Counted from the first letter of the stretch, positions 11,348-25,083 are shown. The stretch: 64,000 bases of DNA from Ophelia neglecta (GCA_965285935.1 OZ260667.1:61876001-61940000); one strand, 5' to 3'. Program-made: numbers and translations. Notes: generated by a model not told the origin, from the letters alone.

Positions 11348-14078
11348 ATGGATGGACGAGACAAGATCCACCTATTTCTGTCCATAACTCTACTAGTGTC
11401 TTGTGTGTTCTGCGTCGAATGTGAATTTGTTTCCTTGCAATTTAGTAAGGGGAAAATATGCGCAGCAAACACACTTGAGGTTTTGGTTAGAAGTCATGCA
11501 GAATGTGCCCTAAAATGTCTGAGACGAGGAGGGTTATGCAGAGGGTATTTTGTGGGACCTCAGCAGGGCGGAGATGACTTTCTTTGTGATATAGACTCAG
11601 GCAACACTGGTACTCTGCTTTACTATACAACAACAGTCACCGGAAAGGACTACTCTCAAGGTAACCATTTATTTTCTGAGAGTCATTTACTGATATAACA
11701 CTTTATGTAATGGCTTGCGGCTTGCATATATTTGATGTGTGTGAAATAGCCGTTATATCCTTTGTATTCATGAAATGTTTATCTTGACGCTAAGTGGAAA
11801 TGTTTTCGAAATGTTTCACTGTTAAAAAAATCATTAAGAAAATAATCATGAACACTTTTCATAGCAAAAGTTAAAATAGTATGTAATGACACAGGAGAAG
11901 CAGCTGTTTCAAAGTTCCATTAATTATATGCTATTACTAATATATAAAATATACAGTGTATTTGTAATTGGAAATCACCACTCCTATGTTTACAAGCGCA
12001 GTTTAAGGAATAGCATTTCCTTCCCATATATTCACCGAACAATTGGATACAGACAATTATTCTAGATGATTCCACAATAAGTATCCTTAAATTATATAAA
12101 TGATTTGATATTTCAGAAGCAGCAGGCATTCGTTCGGTGGAAGAGGCAGCACGTAAGTCAAACTAGAGACTACTCCTAACAATTGAATATGTTAATAGAT
12201 ATGAATTTTTTTTTTTTTCTTTCTTAGAAATGACTGATAATATAAATTTTATTGTATCTGTTCAAGGCATTACGGGGTACAATATAGACTGTTGGCTTTT
12301 TATAACGCACACTTATTGTCTAGTATATATTTTCAAAGCCGCTCACGAATACTAGAGATGATATACTAGGACATTAAGTTAACAGCAAGGTAATGGAAGT
12401 AGCAAAATACCTAACCATTACATTCCCTGTTATTAGATGTGGATCTCTTTTCGAAACTAGCAGAGCCAAGGGTTCGCTCCAAATATATATCTTTGCCCCT
12501 CGATACCCCCTAATCAACGTCCGTGTTCCGATCTCCGAATACAGCCCTGATCACCACCACAGGAGAACTTCTGTCTGCCTCCTCGTCATGGCCGTATGTA
12601 CAAAATCACGGGCCGCAATGTTCGGTTCTCGGAGTCCCTACACCAGCAGATTGTTACATGGCATGGGTTTCTAGCAACCCTTCGGGAGGGGATTGGATTC
12701 AGGTACACTGGCTTTATTTTCAGATGTCTTTGGTTTAAATTGACAAAACTGTTGCTATGATATAAGAATATATAGGCGTATTGTTTTCAGGGCTGTAAGT
12801 TAACGATATATTAAGGTTAATGGTGATTGTTATCAGGTAATGAAATATGTGAGTTAAGTTTGCTGTAAATCGGGGTCAAAGGTTAGATTTGGTTTTCTGG
12901 GATAAGGAGATATGTAAGGAGCGTCTACTCTCTTGACTGCCTTACAGTCTAGTTAAAGAAAATTTATGTCAATGTTGTTAGTGTTGGGTAATTTTTGATT
13001 AAGTTAATGTTTTATTTTGGGATGTATAATTTGAAATACTTTTTCATGTTTTGTATTTGGTTACGTAGGCGGATCTCGGCAGTACCTATGATGTAGTTTC
13101 CATAGCAACACAAGGGCGTGGCGATAGGGCACATTGGGTAACGTCATTCAAATTGGCCGCCTATGAAGGTAATGCTGTCATATATTACCCCTCTGGAGAA
13201 GAAGAAACTGCCAAGGTGAGGCACTTAAAAGCTGAATCGCCATTTATGGTTTACATACTGGAAGAAGCAAATATTTTTATTCATACCGGAACCTGTCATT
13301 TTCCCCACCAATTGTCACCGGGAAAAATTAGACCAGGAATCTGGACAGAAGGTCCATTTGTCACTGGGTAAAATCAAACTTTCACTCTAGACAGAAAGTC
13401 CATTTGTCTTCGGGCAAAAAGCAGACCAGCAATCTAGAAAGGTCCATTTTTCACTTGGTTAAATCAGACTTGCACTCTGGAAAGAGGGTCCATTTGCAAT
13501 TAGACTCTGTACATCGCAGCTTCATACCAGCTGATCACGCAGCCTAATCAAACATTAACTGATCACGTGAACAGTTGATTGGTAATGCTCACTACCTAAA
13601 TCCCTGACCTAAAGCAATGTAGATCAGCCAATCCTGGTAGGAATAAATCATATATCTCTTATATCACTGACATTTATGTCTACCTTTTTTATAGCGATAT
13701 GAACTATGGTCAGGTGATAACAGTCCTTTTCTAAATTTCTAAATTAATCACCGGTCAACCTGTGTTCAAACAGACGTTCTATATTCAGTTATGGGTTTCA
13801 ATTTTTATAATAATAGGAATCTTAGATATTTGGAAATAAATGTGGTAAGTCAATTTATCTACCATGGCAGACGAATATATTTTCATTCAATAATGTTCAT
13901 GAAAAAAGTATATTGTATTATTTTGTTCAAGGTTTTTTATGGAAACCTTGACCAAAACACTACGGAAAAGCACACTTTATGTCCAGTTCTGGTGACCAGG
14001 AGAATAAGGCTGTATGTTTTTGCATGTTACAGTATCTGTGGTCTCAGATGGGAGCTATACGGCTTCGGGACTGCTTGA
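11348..14078 (+). CDS. Secreted PAN/apple + F5/8 type C (discoidin) protein, subfamily B copy B1
   Basis: Exons 11348-11660, 12117-12152, 12545-12702, 13069-13215, 13932-14078; all GT-AG, phases 1,1,0,0; 801 nt = 266 aa + stop; ECALKC..CRGY PAN core; DWIQADLG..IATQGRGD..WVTSFKL..GNLD..LRWELYG. Confidence 0.92.
13320..13510 (+). repeat. About 46-bp degenerate tandem repeat in intron 4 of B1
   Basis: Repeated gacagaaggtccatttgtcactgggtaaaatcaaactttcactcta-like units; paralogous array at 55870-56070. Confidence 0.8.
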
Positions 14079-14313
14079 TTGGAAAACGAATGCACATGAA
14101 CATACATTCATCATTGAGCGGGATATACCGAAATATAATATATTGTGATTAAGTTAATGTCAAATAATCCAGTGCATGTTAACGACCTTCAAACGACCTT
14201 GGACATGGAACTTAACCCACTTTGCTTATACCCTGGATTAATAGTAGCATAATTACCATGTTTAAATACCGAAGAAGAACAAGAACCCATTGTGTTAATT
14301 TTTTCCTTCCTTC

Positions 14314-14319
14314 AATAAA
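14314..14319 (+). terminator. Putative polyadenylation signal of B1
   Basis: AATAAA about 235 nt after the stop, conserved in B2 at 56882-56887. Confidence 0.45.
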
Positions 14320-14929
14320 AACTTAGCATACTATGAGTTAGAAATTGGCTGATTCCTTGATGTTAAATCATGACTTCTCAACTGTGTGGAGTTCCAGTTA
14401 ATTTTCAAAGAGACTGTCGCATCTTAGACCACCGCACCATAATGTAAAACACATTCAACATTAACTGCTATATTGTCATGTCCCAACACCACACTTAGAT
14501 ATAATAATTATATAAGGAATAATGTTTGTTGGAGCACCGAACAATAATGTAAAACACATTTAACATTAACCATTTAATTGTCATGTCATGTCAGGTTTTC
14601 GCTGTTGAAATCTGCTACCAAACGGTTACAAAACATAAGCGCCTCTTTGATAGAGGAACAGCTTTCTAAAACAGTGAGGGAGCGACTGATAAAGTTGGCA
14701 GCAATTTCTGACTCTCTGGATATAGAACACAATGGCTACTACCAAGCAAGCCCATGATATATCTCACGGCTTGTACAATTTTGTACAGGATATGTTAGAA
14801 AAGCGTAGGAAAACAAGACTGAAATCAATAGCATCAGAGTCCCTAGCTCCGACTGGTATATCAATGCTGGTTCCCGAGGACAAGTAACCTCCGGACACTT
14901 CGGACAGTAACTAGTAGTGTAGAATTCAA

Positions 14930-15834
14930 TTGATGGGTGTGACTATAGAGAGGGATCGACTCAATAGTAAAATTAGTAAATTAAGGGACCAGCTAAGGAC
15001 TACACAATTAACAGCTTCAAACTTACAGAATCAAATTTCCAAACATGAGCTAACCATTGCCAAACAGAACTCTACGATAAGGAACTTAAAACCGCATTTC
15101 CCTGTCATGTCAAAGCCAACGGAAAAAGTAGCAGCCACCGACATGAGGATTAACGCGCAAGAAAAACCGGAACAGCAAGTCCACCATACACGGCTCGAGT
15201 ACAGTCTGCCAACCCGAAACAAGTTTGAATTCCTGGCGTCTGAACACCCTGAGTCAACCAAACGAGACACTGGGCCATCAAAAAGCGAAAACTGTGTTGG
15301 GCATAAAAAAGGTGGAGTAAAAACATCGTGATTGGCACATCAATCGTACGTGGTGTTGGTTCGTACCTCTCCGACAGTCTGGTCTACGTCAATCCGGGTG
15401 CAAAAATTGCATCTCTGAAGGAGAGGGTTAAATTCATATTCATGTTGGGCGATGACAAACCGGAATGTGTGGTTCTACAAGCAGGAACAAATGATGTTCG
15501 TGGTAACAGTTCACAAAGTGTATTTATAATGTATTCTGACTTAGTGGATGAGGTTCATCGATGCTGCCCGAAAGCTAAAATTCTGGTGTCAGCTCTACCC
15601 GTGAGGTGCCGCAACTCATGGGAAAACACTACTATAGAAAATGTCAACCACCTCCTGAAAATATATTCCGACGGCCATAGTTACCTGTACTTCGCTGACA
15701 ATTCTCCGCCCATTAAACAGGTCTTCTACAAAAGAGACAAGCTACATTTCAATGCCAAAGGTACAGCTGTCTATGGTAGGAAACTGACACAAAACATGGG
15801 TTTTACAGAGGCATTCCCGAAACTAGTCAGGTAA
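14930..15834 (+). pseudogene. LINE ORF1: coiled coil + SGNH/GDSL esterase-like domain, frameshifted near 15325
   Basis: Heptad-rich LNSKISKLRDQL..LQNQISKHEL; NKFEFL motif; IGTSIVRG, LQAGTNDV and DKLHFN esterase blocks. Confidence 0.85.
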
Positions 15835-15872
15835 TATCTGCTAATGAACAGCCTCGAAACATTCCAGTAATC

Positions 15873-18425
15873 GTGTCTTCTCGGCGTGAAGTATTGAAAT
15901 GTACATCTCGGTTGAGTCCTGTGCTAATAACTATTGACCCATCGTCTGTATTAACAGCTAATAATCTATCACATGATGACTGTATTTTTGACTTACAGAC
16001 GGTTAACTCCTCACGGAAAAAACTAACAGGCTGCCTACTGAACGCTAGATCTGTAAAGAATAAGACCGGACTACTCTATGATCATATTGTGTCTAATGAT
16101 TATGACATCATCGCCATAACGGAAACATGGCTAAGACCTGATGACATTGATAATGTGGTAATTGGTGAACTTGTGCCTAAAGGGTACGAAATTAAACATA
16201 TTGCTAGAAATACTGGTTACGGTGGCCTAGCCCTCATTTTTAGATCAAGTTTCAAATTCTGAAAGAGATGACTTATAGCTTTCGTTCATTTGAACTATTA
16301 GATGTTTTATGTAAATATAATGTGTACACTATTAAAAGGTTGATAACAGTTTATAGACCGCCACCATCCTCTAAGAATAAGTTAAATTTTACTCTGTTTA
16401 TTGATGAATTTACACCTTTTCTACATTCCTTGTCGCTGGATAAAAATAATTTTGTATTACTGGGGGATTTCAATCTACACATTGATAACAATTTGGACTA
16501 TAAGGCCCAGAAATTTCTTGACATTTTAGAGAACTGTGGCTGTACACAACATGTAACAGAGGTCACCCATAAAAATGGCCACTTGCTTGATCTTATTATA
16601 ACTAGGTCTCAAGATAAGTTATTAGAAAATGTTCATGTTTCTTCTCCCTTTAGCGACCATTTTATTGTACACTTTGAAATGAATGTATATAAACCTGATT
16701 ATCCTACCCATAAGGTTAATTACAGGAAGTTTACAGCCATCGATATGGCACAGTTCAAGCACGATATTAATGGGCTAGGTGGGGGAAAGAATTATATATA
16801 TGGTGAAGGCGTGGAGGTGCTTGTTGATCGGTACAATACAGATTTAAGGACAACATTAGACGCAAAACGCAAAAAACGTAAATTTGAGAGATTGTGGCGC
16901 AGAACAAAACTTCAAATTCATCATGATATGTTCAAACAGCATCTGTCTATACTAGATAAAATTTGTATGACTCAAAGGCCAATTATTACACAAATGAGAT
17001 AATTCAAAATTCCAAAGATCAGAAGGCACTGTTTGGTATTGTCAATGCCTTACTGCATCGTGATGGTAAGGCGCCTCTGCCTACTGATAAGTCGACGACA
17101 TCACTTTCTAATAGGTTTTCAGATTTTTTCACTGAGAAAATTACTAAAATTCAGAAAGAACTTGCGTCCCTGCCCACGCATGATTCTGGTATTATTGCTG
17201 AACATACTTTTGGAGGGTCAGAATTAAATGATTTCTCGCCTGCTAGTGTCGATGAAGTAAAAACTGTTATTCTTAATATGAAAAACAAGTGTTGTGAACT
17301 TGACCCCCTCCCTACCCGGATGGTCAAAGATATGCTTGACGCATTGCTGCTGCCTAATACTTGTATAATAAATTCCTCTTTTGTTCAAGGTATAGTACCC
17401 AATACTTTGAAGCAGGCTATCATCAAACCGGTATTGAAAAAGTCCAATTTGGACAAAGAGCTGATGTCGAATTTTAGGCCAGTTTCTAACCTGCCTTGGC
17501 TTTCTAAGTTAGCAGAAAAAATTGTGGCCAGTAGATTGTCTGCCCATATGAAAATTAAAAATTAACAATTCTCTACGCAGATGATACACAGCTTTATTCA
17601 TCATTTAAAACTGCTTCCTGTGACGCTTTCCATTCAACAAGGAGTGCCATGACGGGTTGTATATCAGAAATACGTCAATGGATGGCGTGTAACTTTCTGA
17701 AATTAAATGATTCAAAAACAGAATTTCTGCTGGTGGATCCAGGAAATGTCAAAGATTATGGCATGCTGAGTATACAGATTGGCGAATCCACTGTTGAAGT
17801 CAGTGAACGTGCAAAAAATTTGGGGGTAATTTTTGAGGGAAATGGTTCAGTCTGTAAACATATTAATCAGGTTTGCTCATCGGCATTTTTTCATCTAAGG
17901 AATATAAGCCGGATAAAAGGCTTCCCCACAAAAGATGTACTTAAAAACATTATTCACGCCTTAGTAATTTCAAAACTTGATAATGTAAATTCTCTCTATG
18001 TGGGTATGCCTCAATACCATTTGTCTAAGCTGCAAAGAGTTCAGACCGCCGCCGCGCGTATGATCTGTAGAGTTGGCTATCGAGATCACATAACGCCCAT
18101 TCTTACTGAATTACACAGGTTACCAGTCGAGTTCCGCATACAATATAAGATTGCCTTATTAACTTTCAAGGCAAAACAGGGCCTACCACCAAGTTATTTG
18201 AATGATATTGTCATTCCCTTCGATATGCCAAGAACCCTTAGATCCTCAAGTTTGAATTATCTCGACGTACCAAGGGTACGTACTCAGAGGTTTGGGCATA
18301 GGTGTTTTGCTTATGCAGCACCAGTTATTTGGAATAGACTCCCTGCAGGTCTTAGGGCCACTGATTCATTGTATATATTTAAGAAAAACCTTAAGACTCA
18401 TTTATTCAGACTAGCTTTTTACTAG
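15873..18425 (+). pseudogene. LINE ORF2 (APE endonuclease + reverse transcriptase), disrupted
   Basis: LLNARSV, AITETWL, VYRPP, LGDFNLH, GHLLDLI, SDH; NFRPVSNLPWLSKL; YADDTQLY at 17574; stop at 16260, frameshifts, and the RT segment between RLSAHM and YADD is deleted. Confidence 0.9.
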
Positions 18426-19385
18426 TACAAGTGTTTCATATGTATCTCGGAATCCATTTTTCTGTGATAGGACACTGAAGGTGTGTATCTGTCTGTGATA
18501 GGACACTGAACACATATAATTCATTTAATTTATGCATGGGATCGAGTGTAATGTGTGTATCATTGTAGCGAGGTAATTGTGAATTATAGTATTGTAGGTC
18601 ATGTAGTGTATAAATGCCAGTATGCATGTTTGATGAATGTGTGTGTATTATTGTATTGTATGTCGAGTATAGGAATGGTGAGGTATGTGTGTGATATTGC
18701 GTTGGATGTAGTGTATATGTTTAGCGAGGTATGTGTGTGTTGTAATGTTTTTTATGCAATGTATTTTTATAGTGAGGTATATGTGTGAGAATGGGGCGGA
18801 TATGTTTATCCAGATGTAGTTCCTATTCCCCATCAGTGTAATCATTTCAGTTTTTACCCTTGTGTATTTATTGTGAAGCGCTTTTGAAAGGTTTTATTAC
18901 TGTAAAAAGGGCTATATAAGTCAATAAAAAAAATTAAAAAAATATTTCAGTTCTTGGCAGTTTGAAAAGCCTGGTAACGTATAACGCGCTAAATATTTAC
19001 TGACAAAAGTTCCACACAGTTACGCTCGTTCGATAGCAGGTAATTATTTCCTATATAGTCCCCCCCCCCCCTCGTGTTTATCTTTTGCCGCCAGCAGTTG
19101 TGATCGAGCCTCCAACTTCCTCTTTTGTATAAAGGCCGTTGCCAGCTACTCTTCCACTTCAGAAATACCTACCAGGGATTGCAATCAGTTACAATCAGCA
19201 ACTAACGCATTGTCATGACTCTACTAATCAGAAACCAGAATCAGAAGTCATATATCTGCTACTGACAAACAAGTTGTATATATAACGACTCCGTCAATAT
19301 CTGTTATATATCAATTTATGTGAAACTTTTGGTTTTAATCAATTCATTATTAATTAACTATGCCTAATCGAGTAATATTGCAGCT

Positions 19386-20876
19386 ATGAAAATGATAACA
19401 TTCAAAGTCGGCCTCGTGTGCTTCCTTTTATGGTTGGCTTCAGTGTCTGGTCAAAATCCTTCTTCTGGTAAAAAACCTTCTTGTTTCACGTTTATGAATG
19501 TACAGTACACTTATGTTAGAACATTGTAAGCATTTCAATTTCTAGTAGCAAACTAACAAAAAAATCGTTATTATATTATCTTATTTCCGAACTTACTCTT
19601 GCTCAACTTGTTGTTCTGAGGAAAAAGAGATAATTGACATTATGACAGGGATATAACGGCAAATTGTTGTCTAAAACAAACAAACAAATTATTAATGTGC
19701 CATTAGTTGTTAAGGGTGAACTGCGTTCCTCCAATCTACCTTTCAAGGACTTTGTCTTTATTCATAATTCAGGAAATAACTATGCTACAAGTTGCGTATT
19801 GCAGATAGTGGTATAAGGGCGACAATGAAGGCCATAGAAGAGGCTTTCGAAGCCGGAGATGCGGCGGCGGCGGCAGTGGTACACAGAAGACACTACACTT
19901 GTAAACATAGATCGCACTTTGCATGGACGAGAAAGTAAGCATTGCTTAAAGAGGGTATAAATTTATTCAAGCATGTACACGTCCATTATCCGATGATGAC
20001 AAAACTATATATTTCTGAAAAGCACATAGTTATGTTATATGTATCAGTTAGGTCATTTACTACGAGTGGAGGCGTAGGTTGGATTTAGTTGAAAATATAT
20101 TCCACCGTTCAATTTAAAGTTATCCATGGGTCATTTGAAAGAAGATGCATTAAATTGACATTATACAGGGGCAGATTGTACACATTATGCACATTAATCT
20201 TCTATCGTAGACATGGAAGAAGTGTTCGGTGTCTTTCTGGAAACCTATGATAAAACAGCGTGGAACAAAAATACTAGTACTACATATGGCAACATGTCCA
20301 GTGAAGCTTGAAGGGGCTCTGTCCGTGTCACAGAAACAGTCAGTGCTATGAGGACACACGGGCAAAAATGTAAAATTGGACTTTTATCAATGAGCGAACT
20401 TGTCGGGAATTTCAAGCACAGTTTCGAAAATTCTTATCAATTCTGAATCGATATATATTAATATACTATATTTATGTATCTTATAAGGTCAGTGGAGAAA
20501 TAACACTCTAGTTTGACCAATCTGGTCCCATTTAAAAAAAATCAGAGCAGTGTGCAAGGTAATAAACCGGTGCTGACCTCTGTTGGCCAGTATAGTTGTT
20601 CTGCAATCGTATTGCAATCTTAGAAAGTAGAGAGAGCCTATGGTATTCAAACCATATACCGTATACTCCTTAAGGTAGGGAATTATTTGACCACAAATAT
20701 CTTGGCTGACAATTTAACGATTATGTCTGTAAATACAAATATGGCCAATGGGGATAGAATGATCAAATTGTATTAAATATTCTGTGTATTTTATTTATAT
20801 TCTGCTGTAAATAATTTTTTTCAGGTATGCAACTACCTACGTCAAATGCGATGATGGTAAGTGGAGGGTACGATAG
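19386..20876 (+). pseudogene. Secreted NTF2/SnoaL-like gene, copy 1 (pseudogene)
   Basis: Exons 19386-19467, 19805-19934, 20211-~20338, 20825-20876 homologous to the 25084 gene; 2-nt loss in a (GCG)n run at about 19861, GGA>TGA at 20309, exon 3 donor deleted. Confidence 0.85.
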
Positions 20877-21394
20877 GCCACGGAATCGGTACATACTAAA
20901 GTTGTCTAATAGTTTACAAAGTCCCATCCGATAAATTTGTATGCACATTGGTTTTGGTTTAAACTCATTGTCATTGATTTTGTGGCTTGAAATTATTTCA
21001 TGCAGCATTTATCCATAACCTTTTAACAAATAAATGACATTTTATTCCAAACTGTCGCTATGTTCGTGTAAATCTTTGAAAAAAATAAAAAGCACATGCA
21101 TAGAAACAAATAAGTTTCGATCTTCGTGTATCCATTTGTAGTTCTATGACTTTATGGAATCTCAGTAAACAAAAATCTCGTTTCACAACGGTTCCGATTT
21201 TAATTCACCACAGTACAAATGTCTAAGGAAAGGTGTTCTAGTGACAATAATATTGTATGTGGTTTAATTGTAGTAGAAATGCTAACAAAGAACATCGTTA
21301 CATATTATTTTGTAATTAATGATAAGGGATGCCAAACTGTGCGCTAAATTGTGATCAAAGAGAGAAGTTAAGTACTATTCAGTGACTTCACTGT

Positions 21395-21630
21395 TGCGGG
21401 ATTGCCAATCCACAATTTTTCCTAAGAGTGGAATATGTGTTTTAAAAATGAACTTTGAATAAAATAAGAAGATAGTTGAATTATAATATCATGTCTCTTC
21501 TTATATCGAATAACTGCCTGCCGGGTTGCAACTCCGCAGTGTTTTTCCTAAGACTGGAAAATGTGTTTCAAATATGAACTTTGAATAAAATTATAGGATA
21601 GCTAAATTATAATAACATGTCTGTTTTTAT
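21395..21630 (+). repeat. Imperfect direct duplication of about 110-125 bp
   Basis: tttttcctaagagtggaatatgtgttt..atgaactttgaataaaat..ttataat occurs twice in tandem. Confidence 0.75.
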
Positions 21631-24600
21631 TTTAAATTACACAGGATTTCTAACTTGGAAACACTATTTTAGTAATGGTTCGTAACTGCTGCGAGCAGAT
21701 ATTCTAATAAATTCTAATTTTGCTAAACAAAAATGCTACCGATTAATTTGATAATTGGCGTGCGGTAAAAAGGCAAAATCAACAGCCTTGTGATGAAAGC
21801 AATGGCCAATTCACTTAGGGGGGGGGGGGGGCGCCGACTAGACAAGTACTTGTATGACCAGATAAGAAGCTCATTACACCAAATTCTCATACTTTTTGTC
21901 GACATATTTCTATTGACTAGGTCCGAAATGTAGTTCAATATACAACAACCCGGTAACCCATGCTATTTATTGAGGTACTTGTCGTCAATCCTGAAGGAGT
22001 TTGGCAGCCACAATCAAACTATGATCGTTTAAAATTATATTATAATTTTCAAAATAATAATAGAAATCCTTCTTCGTATTTAGTTTGATAGGCCTATGTC
22101 ATTGGAGATGCAGAAACCAGAATCAGGCTAAAGACTAGGGGTCGTTTTCCTTACAAACAACTAAAAAACACTATGAAAGTAACGTAAACTCGTCCTTAAG
22201 TTTGTTACAAGAATTCGCAGAGAATATAATTGTGTTTCAAGAATAATAGATACGTTGGTTATATATATCAATATTCATCATAAATATTGTCGAACTATGT
22301 AACAATACATATAATTTTGTTCATACAATTAAATCAGTTGAAATATTCAGTGAACTATGGTATATTGCACTTGGAATAAAGGCCGTCGGCAGTGTTAGGA
22401 TGAGTAGTGTTTCAGCCCTTTCTTTCAATAAAACATGCCAAGACGGAAAATGACCTTATACCCTTGTTCAATAGTACAATAAAAGAATAGCACACGAGCT
22501 AATACAAAAGGTTGAACGTCGAAAAGACTCACACTATTACTGGGTATTTTGCAAACAACTTCAATATTTACTTGTCTAGTTGAAGAAAAAAGGTAGCTTT
22601 AATGCCAAAACTGGTTAAACCTAACTTAATCAAAGTTTCAGGTCTGTATTTATAACACTTTAATACGCCTTGGATGTAAATATTAATCATAGAGACTATA
22701 TTTTTTCAAGTATTCCCACTGAATTGCCTATTTCCCCCAATTAAGCTAAGCTCGGGCACGTTTTACAACTTGCTTCTTTGAATATAAGGATCATGGAACA
22801 GATTGCAGACAAATATAAATCAATTGTAAATAAAGTAGGTAATCCACTTCCGCCTAAGAATGTAATAAACACAAATGGTCAGCCTATGCTTCTGAGTTAC
22901 TTTTCGGTAGCACCATCCGAGCTGCATGTACATTTGGGTCTCTACCAGTAGATGCTTTTTGTTTGACACACAATATTTCCAGTCGTAGAATCAACTTAGG
23001 AATCGTGACCCGGTAGACAATGCAACATCGCTGCAACATAGGGTGGAATTCTCCAGCACCCGGTGTCTTGGCTTCCCTGGACCAGCAGTAAAAGTTTAGA
23101 CCGTTTCCAGAAAACGGGCCCAAAAACCGTCGTCTGCAGGCCCTCTTACATGAATCCCCAGTGTCCTTACTGTACCAAAAAGTTGCCAGGCAGACACGGC
23201 CAAATCATCGCTCCCAATTAGTCCATCAAATCGAAATCCGAAATTATAAAGCACTTACAGCCACCGGCCACAAACATTAATTCCGAGCTCCCAAACAGGA
23301 GCGAAACGTGTTATAGAAAAAAGAAGATATTGGTTTTGTTATAACTAACAATCGGAAATCATAGACAAATTTCAATGATGTCAGTCAGGACACAAAACAA
23401 ACGATTCACGATCAAATTCTTCTTAGACAACAACACGAAATTTAGGTGGTCTTAATGAATCTTTCATCGCCTTGATGTGGTAAAAACTGACATGATGTTT
23501 GAGGGACCGCCTGAAATTACTTAAAAACAGTTGGGAGTGCAGTGATTCGAGGGCATTTTCTTCTGCTAAATAACTAGTAAATCTGCTTTGTGTCTTATTC
23601 CCTTAAATGCCACATGAAAATGTCTTTTACTTTAACTTTGGTAGTTTTCTTAAAAAGGCTTAAAGCTAATAATTTCCTCTTATATTATCAGTTGAACATC
23701 GCCACAATATTATAAGATCGATTTTGTAATAATTATTAAATTAAATCTGTGTCCTTTTCCCCTAAGAAGTTCTATACATCCGTTTGGCTGTCTAATTGAG
23801 CTGTTTCAAATAAGTTGTGCTATTATTTTAATTACATGTCTCCCGCACTATTCGGTCTCCAATTGATTTTTCCATAAGTCGCTTTAAACTCAGGATTATA
23901 TTCATACACAATATTCCATGTGCTTGGGAATGATAGAATTTGAAGTCATGTTCATAATATAACATCAGACATCTGTCACGTTTTCACTTGGCATTCAATC
24001 GATGTTAACAGCAATGTCGTTTTACTTGAAATGATATATTTATGCCAATATACTGGCTATTAGCATAAGCTATGTAGCCAACTACGATGTATTCGAGCTG
24101 CATGGACGTGACAAACTCTGTGCAGACAGAATAGTGCATGTTTCAAACCAAGACATTGAGTTGTAGTAAATACTAATATTCTGTCAAAGAGGCTTATAAT
24201 TATCAATATTTCAATATTCGAACAAAAATAGGGGACCAAAGGTTATCTGTTACAACGAAAATTATATAAATGTTAATATATTTCCTTCTAATGCTTGTAA
24301 ACTATTATAAGTTTGATATTAAGTACCAATTTGTGTATGGCCTTTAAAGCTAATTATTCACTGCTGCTGAGTATTTCTTTTAATTGTGGTAAAATTGTGA
24401 AGTTCAGGCCTGAAGATATAATTGAATACAATAGAATAAAATTTTGACATTTGAAAGCTTAGAAAATGATAAGTTCATTTCTATAATTTGTATTCTACCT
24501 AGCCATATTGTATAAGCTTTCCGGACACTAGATGATGATATTATATATATTGTTATACCGCAAACTCATCGCACTACTGTAAACAAACCTTAGAGATTAC

Positions 24601-24656
24601 TTATGACAAAGGACAATAATTTGCTGGCTGGAGCTCGCATATGAATCATTTCGCCG

Positions 24657-24719
24657 TATATAAAGACCCACCTGCGCAGGTCAGGGTGAGCGAAGAAATG
24701 ATATCTAGTGACTCCAAAG
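24657..24719 (+). promoter_or_regulatory. Putative TATA box and short leader exon of the intact NTF2-like gene
   Basis: TATATAAA at 24657-24664; aag|gtaag donor at 24719/24720; ttgcag acceptor just before the ATG exon (also present in copy 1); ATG at 24698 would be in frame after splicing. Confidence 0.45.
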
Positions 24720-25083
24720 GTAAGAGCTGTATATATACAACTATACATTAATGTCCAAGGTGTATTTAATGATATTCCATCCAGTTTATCTTTGAGCCGA
24801 TAATTGAAGTTAGATGTCTGTGGCGGGCTGGTCCTTATAATTTTGGACCAATTTCATTGCCCATCACGCATCATAATCTGTTACAATCAGCTATCACTCT
24901 TTGTTATGAAGTTGCCAATCAGAAACCAGAATCAGAAGTCATGTATGTGTAACTAACAAACACGTATCATATACAACTACTCTGCCAATTTTTAGATTTA
25001 TTTCTATTGGCGTGAAACTGTTGGTTTCGAAAATATTATTACTATTGCCTAATTGAGTAAACTTCTGAGTTGCAGCTATAAAA

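Larger units (their letters stand above)
14590..18942 (+). mobile_element. Long, decayed L2/CR1-group LINE
   Basis: ORF1 (coiled coil + SGNH esterase) and ORF2 (APE + RT) in order; GT-rich 3' UTR; terminal stem aagcgcttttg..aaaagggct and A-rich tail; 5' end approximate (where similarity to the B2 3' flank stops). Confidence 0.92.

Noticed and set aside
11348-14078. F-type (fucolectin) assignment for the C-terminal domain
   Set aside because: The fucose-binding H..RxD..R motif is not evident; motifs fit coagulation-factor/discoidin FA58C.
20309-20311. In-frame TGA as selenocysteine in NTF2 copy 1
   Set aside because: Aligns with Gly (GGA) in copy 2, and the gene also has a frameshift and a deleted donor.
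22130-23500. Possible transposase or THAP remnant (ORF 22884-23123)
   Set aside because: No recognisable motif in the frames examined and no paired terminal repeats found.
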